Origin: Myxococcota bacterium
GTDB lineage: Bacteria > Myxococcota > JACRCW01
NCBI GenBank assembly: GCA_040752415.1
Contig: JBFMGU010000180.1
Coordinates: forward strand, 1-21,956
DNA length: 21,956 nucleotides
Direction of reading: 5' to 3'
Shown: positions 18,713 to 21,956 of the stretch, in pieces
Layout of the letters: the number at the start of each line of letters is the position of its first letter
Position numbering within the stretch: position 1 is the stretch's first letter
The notes under the pieces: generated by a model
Told to the model about the DNA's origin: nothing
Seen by the model: the letters and a program-made list of their open reading frames with translations, nothing else
Databases searched by the model: none
Translations under genes and position numbers: made by a program

Positions 18713-19678
18713 ATGACCGGAGTGGTGGGGAAGATGCACACCCCAAGGCCAAGCCACAGCGTGGGCTGGACATGCGTGGCGCTGGTGATGTTGTTGATCC
18801 TGGCCTGGGTGGACTCCCGCACCGGTCCGGACTTCCGCTTCTCGCTGCTCTACCTGCTGCCGGTGGTGCTGACGGCGGTGACGCAGGGCCGCAGCGCCAC
18901 GGTGGGCGCGGCCATCACGGCCACGGTGGGGTCCCTGGCGGCGGAGATGGTGTGGCAGCCGCATCCCGACGTGGCGGTGTGGGTCTGGAACGGCCTGACG
19001 CACCTGGTGATCTTCCTGGCGCTGGGCCTGATGACGGTGCACGCCCGACGTCACCGCGAGCAGCTGGCCGCCATGAACGTGGAGCTCAACGAGCTGTTGC
19101 ACCGCGAGGGGCTGCTGGCCCGCACCGACCCGCTCACCGGCCTGTCCAACCTGCGCTACTTCCTCGAGCGCGTGGGCTTCGAGGCGGAGCGCGCCCGTCG
19201 CTACCAGCACGCGCTGGCGGTGGCGTACGTGGACCTGGACAACTTCAAGCAGCTCAACGACACGCGGGGCCACGCCGCTGGCGACGAGATGCTGCGCAAG
19301 GTGGCCGACGCGCTGCGCAGCCACGTGCGCGCGGTGGACATCCCGGCCCGCCTGGGTGGCGACGAGTTCGCGGTGCTCTTCACCGAGGCGGAGCCGGTGA
19401 CGTTGGAGGCGGTGGCCAACCGTCTGGTCACGGAGATCGAAGCGTTGGGCCGGAGCATGGGGGGCGCGGACCTGGGGGCCAGCATTGGCATGGCGTTCTT
19501 CCGCCGTCCGCCTGCCGACCCCGCCGAGCTGCTGCGCCACGCCGACGAGGCCATGTACCAGGCCAAGGCGTTGGGGAAGGGACGGGTGGTGGTGACCCAT
19601 CCGCTGCTGCCAGGAGAGGCGCCGCATGCGGTGGAGCGACGTGCCGGCTCGGGGCAGGAGGGGCACCTCAGCAAGTGA
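18713..19678 (+). CDS. Membrane-anchored diguanylate cyclase (GGDEF)
   Basis: About four N-terminal TM helices, then TDPLTGLSN, DLDNFKQLNDTRGHAAGDEML, RAVD (RxxD I-site) five residues before an intact GGDEF, ASIG, and ADEAMYQAKALGK. Confidence 0.93.
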   Translation: MTGVVGKMHTPRPSHSVGWTCVALVMLLILAWVDSRTGPDFRFSLLYLLPVVLTAVTQGRSATVGAAITATVGSLAAEMVWQPHPDVAVWVWNGLTHLVIFLALGLMTVHARRHREQLAAMNVELNELLHREGLLARTDPLTGLSNLRYFLERVGFEAERARRYQHALAVAYVDLDNFKQLNDTRGHAAGDEMLRKVADALRSHVRAVDIPARLGGDEFAVLFTEAEPVTLEAVANRLVTEIEALGRSMGGADLGASIGMAFFRRPPADPAELLRHADEAMYQAKALGKGRVVVTHPLLPGEAPHAVERRAGSGQEGHLSK

Positions 19679-19696
19679 GACGGAGCAGTGGGGCGT

Positions 19697-19723
19697 TGCT
19701 AGTGTGCGCGCGCTGCCAGGAGG
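19697..19723 (+). promoter_or_regulatory. Extended -10 promoter candidate and Shine-Dalgarno site
   Basis: TG-C-TAGTGT at 19697-19705 and AGGAGG at 19718-19723, 6 nt before GTG 19730. Confidence 0.55.
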
Positions 19724-19729
19724 TGCGCG

Positions 19730-20614
19730 GTGCTGCGCGCGTGGGTGCTGTCCGTCGTGGTGGTGCTGGGGGCGCCCGCGCAGCTTCACGCGGAGGAACC
19801 GCCGGCCCAGACCACACCGTCCGACGAGAAACCCGAGCCATCCCGCAACCTGCCCGCGCCCGCGGAGGTGCAGCGGCTGCTGCGCGTGCTGAGCCTGCCC
19901 GCGTACGCGTTGCCCTCTTTGGTGTGGGGCGCGGGCATGAGCGCGTGGGCCACCGTGGCGGCCGTTGCGTGCGGGACGGGTTGCTCCGGCACGTTGCTGG
20001 CGTTCTTCCTGCCGCTGAGCGCCACCTCCACGCTGCTGCTGCTCTCGACGTACGTGCTGGGTTACGTGGGCATCTACGCGGTGCTGCTGATGTTCTACGC
20101 GCCGTACTTCTGGCTCTACCTGGCGGTGCCCATGGTGGTGCTGGACTTCGTGACGGTGGCGCTGCAGGACCGGGAGCTGTTCGCGCCCGACGGCTCCTTG
20201 GACAGCGGCACCGCGCTCCGTCTCGTCGGGCTGGGCGTGCGCTCGCTGGCGGCGTGGCTGGCGGGTTGGGCCGCCTCGTTTGCGATGTGGGCGGTGCAGG
20301 CGGTGGCGCTGGCGGCGGGCGTGCTGGTGCTGGGGACCATTGGCTGGGGCATCTGCATGGCCACGGGCGGCGCCACGTTTTCCGCCGGGCGCCCGCCCAC
20401 CTCCGCCGAGCAGGCGCTGCCGTGGGTGCTGGGGGCCTTCGTTGCCGGCACGGTGTGGGCCTATGGCGCGCTGCCCGCGTTCGTGCCGCTGGGCGTTCAC
20501 GCGCTGGTGCTGATCCTGTTCCGGCCGGAGGACCTGTTCACGCGGCTTTCCGGCGTGCGGGAGCAACCCGGCGCCGAGCCCGCCGCGGACAGCCTGGAGC
20601 CCGAGCAGCTCTGA
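19730..20614 (+). CDS. Hypothetical polytopic membrane protein with a signal-peptide-like N-terminus
   Basis: Strong SD, a signal-like start (MLRAWVLSVVVVLGAPAQLHA), a Pro/Glu linker, then long hydrophobic stretches. No family recognised. Confidence 0.7.
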   Translation: MLRAWVLSVVVVLGAPAQLHAEEPPAQTTPSDEKPEPSRNLPAPAEVQRLLRVLSLPAYALPSLVWGAGMSAWATVAAVACGTGCSGTLLAFFLPLSATSTLLLLSTYVLGYVGIYAVLLMFYAPYFWLYLAVPMVVLDFVTVALQDRELFAPDGSLDSGTALRLVGLGVRSLAAWLAGWAASFAMWAVQAVALAAGVLVLGTIGWGICMATGGATFSAGRPPTSAEQALPWVLGAFVAGTVWAYGALPAFVPLGVHALVLILFRPEDLFTRLSGVREQPGAEPAADSLEPEQL

Positions 20615-20627
20615 AGGGCGTCGGGCT

Positions 20628-21956
20628 TCAGTAGACCAGGTTTTCCGGCGCCGACGTCACCGTCTGCAGGGACAGCCCCGGATCGCCGGCCGTGGCCGCG
20701 CTGGCACCCGTCCCGCCGCGGCCGCCGTTGCCGCCACACGCCCCACCGCCTCCGCCCGCGTTCATCAATGGCGCGCCCGGGTCGGTGCCGGCATTGCCGC
20801 CGCTGACCACCACGGTCCCCGCCGTCACCGCGCTGCCGAGCAGGTGCACCAGTCCGCCGCCGCCCCCGCCGCCGGCGTAGTTGGCGGTGCCATCCGAGCC
20901 GGCCCCGCCCCGGGCCTCGACCTGCCCGGCGTTGCTGATCGCGCCGCGGGCCAACAGGATGACCACGCCGCCGGCGCCGCCGCCCGCGCCGCGGTCCATC
21001 CCGCCCGCCGCACCGTTGGCCTGGATGGCCCCGGTGACGTTGATGGCACCCTGACCCAGGATCACCAGCGAGCCGCCGCCCGGCGCGCCCGCCTCGGAGA
21101 TGCCGTTGCCCGCCCCGTTGCCCCCGCCGGACCGACCGGGCTTGAGGAGCTGCCCCGCCGCCAGCGCGGAGGGCGCCACGCCGCCGGTGGTGGAGGAGGC
21201 CGGCACGTCGGAGATCCCGGCGGGGACAGGACCTTCCACCGGCGCCGCGCGACCGGTGGCCACCACCAGCGTCCCGGCAATGACGACGTCGCCGGTGGCA
21301 CGCAGCACCGTGCCGCTGGGGACGGTGAGGGTGGTCCCCGCGGCCACGGTGATGTCGGTGAACTGCAGGTTGAACCCGGCGGGCAGCAGCGTGGCGGCGT
21401 CGTTGCCGGTGAGATCCAGGTCGGAGGAGACCGTCAGCGCCCCGGCGGAGCCGTCCCCGTAGAGCCCGCGCGTTCCCGGCGTGCCAGCGGGCCCGGCGGG
21501 ACCCTGCGGCCCGGTGGGGCCAGCGGGACCCTGCGGACCCTGCGGACCCATCGGGCCCTCGGGCCCCGTGCACGCGTACTGCGTCAGCAGGGGATCCATC
21601 TCGAGAACGGGGTCCAGCTCGCCGTTGCGGTCCAGGTCCAGGCCGGCCTCGAACCTCACGCCGCCGGTGGCGCACGCGGCACCCGCCGGCTCGACGCTGG
21701 TGGTCACCAGGAAGTTCAGTCCGGTATCCCCGACGGGGCCCTGGGGGCCTTCCGGTCCCGCCGGCCCCTCGGCGCCATCCAGGCCTGGCGCGCCCTCCGG
21801 CCCGGTCTCCCCGTGGCACAGGTACTGCGTCAGCGCCGGGTCCACCTCGCCCGGGTCCAGGACGGTGTTCAGGTCCTGGTCCGGCCCGAAGTCGACCCGG
21901 ATGCAGCCAAAGGCGCAGAACGGGCCGGCGGGGTCCGACGCGGTCAAGGCCAGCGT
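20628..21956 (-). CDS. Collagen-like, glycine-rich surface protein (5'-partial; the frame is open past the window end)
   Basis: Two Cys-bounded modules with DxDxN loops, two Gly-X-Y tracts, then [11 protein letters not shown] and a glycine-rich domain ([23 protein letters not shown]). The frame reads T-L-A-L-T up to the window edge with no stop. Confidence 0.85.
   Translation of the reverse strand, partial: TLALTASDPAGPFCAFGCIRVDFGPDQDLNTVLDPGEVDPALTQYLCHGETGPEGAPGLDGAEGPAGPEGPQGPVGDTGLNFLVTTSVEPAGAACATGGVRFEAGLDLDRNGELDPVLEMDPLLTQYACTGPEGPMGPQGPQGPAGPTGPQGPAGPAGTPGTRGLYGDGSAGALTVSSDLDLTGNDAATLLPAGFNLQFTDITVAAGTTLTVPSGTVLRATGDVVIAGTLVVATGRAAPVEGPVPAGISDVPASSTTGGVAPSALAAGQLLKPGRSGGGNGAGNGISEAGAPGGGSLVILGQGAINVTGAIQANGAAGGMDRGAGGGAGGVVILLARGAISNAGQVEARGGAGSDGTANYAGGGGGGGLVHLLGSAVTAGTVVVSGGNAGTDPGAPLMNAGGGGGACGGNGGRGGTGASAATAGDPGLSLQTVTSAPENLVY
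21459..21566 (-). repeat. Collagen Gly-X-Y tract (12 triplets)
   Basis: [36 protein letters not shown]. Confidence 0.9.
21714..21812 (-). repeat. Collagen Gly-X-Y tract (11 triplets)
   Basis: [33 protein letters not shown]. Confidence 0.9.

Noticed and set aside
20611..20631. CTGAAG-N9-CTTCAG hairpin at the last convergent junction
   Set aside because: A 6-bp stem that includes both stop codons and lacks a U-tract, too weak to call a terminator.
18340..20634. Long overlapping ORFs of 764 aa (+) and 725 aa (-), and similar alternative-frame ORFs across the window
   Set aside because: Ala/Arg/Gly/Pro-rich with no motifs, and they overlap well-supported genes. Such ORFs are expected in high-GC DNA where stop codons are rare.
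20628..21956. Prophage tail-fibre gene
   Set aside because: No other phage genes or integrase in the window, and codon usage looks host-like. A cellular surface protein is the simpler reading, pending the sequence to the right.

Overview
A GC-rich bacterial chromosomal window (about 70% GC by eye). Composition and gene content suggest a myxobacterium or related deltaproteobacterium, which is inference. It holds about 16 plausible CDSs: an atypical Hsp70-family ATPase; a Bpt/ATE-type aminoacyl-tRNA:protein transferase overlapping a membrane class III adenylate cyclase; glutaryl-CoA dehydrogenase; a solitary AAA_14/DUF4143 ATPase-nuclease; a signal-peptide YidD-like protein paired with a TPR/TM2 protein; a cell-surface glycosylation locus (two tandem YfhO-like GT-C paralogs, a radical SAM/SPASM-twitch enzyme, a GT2 and a methyltransferase-GT2 fusion); a small hypothetical protein; a membrane diguanylate cyclase; a polytopic hypothetical protein; and the 3' part of a collagen-like, glycine-rich surface protein. 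I saw no rRNA, tRNA, CRISPR array or transposase. The most notable observations are: (1) the radical SAM + GT2 + MT-GT2 + twin GT-C locus, a candidate pathway for transferring a chemically modified, lipid-carried sugar; (2) an AT-rich 14-7-14 palindrome that also forms a sigma70-like promoter on both strands and overlaps the start of a probably leaderless ATPase-nuclease gene; (3) an unexplained 134-bp element bounded by 24-bp inverted repeats at the left edge; (4) an apparently exported YidD-like protein outside the yidC operon. All family assignments come from reading motifs by eye, not from database searches.
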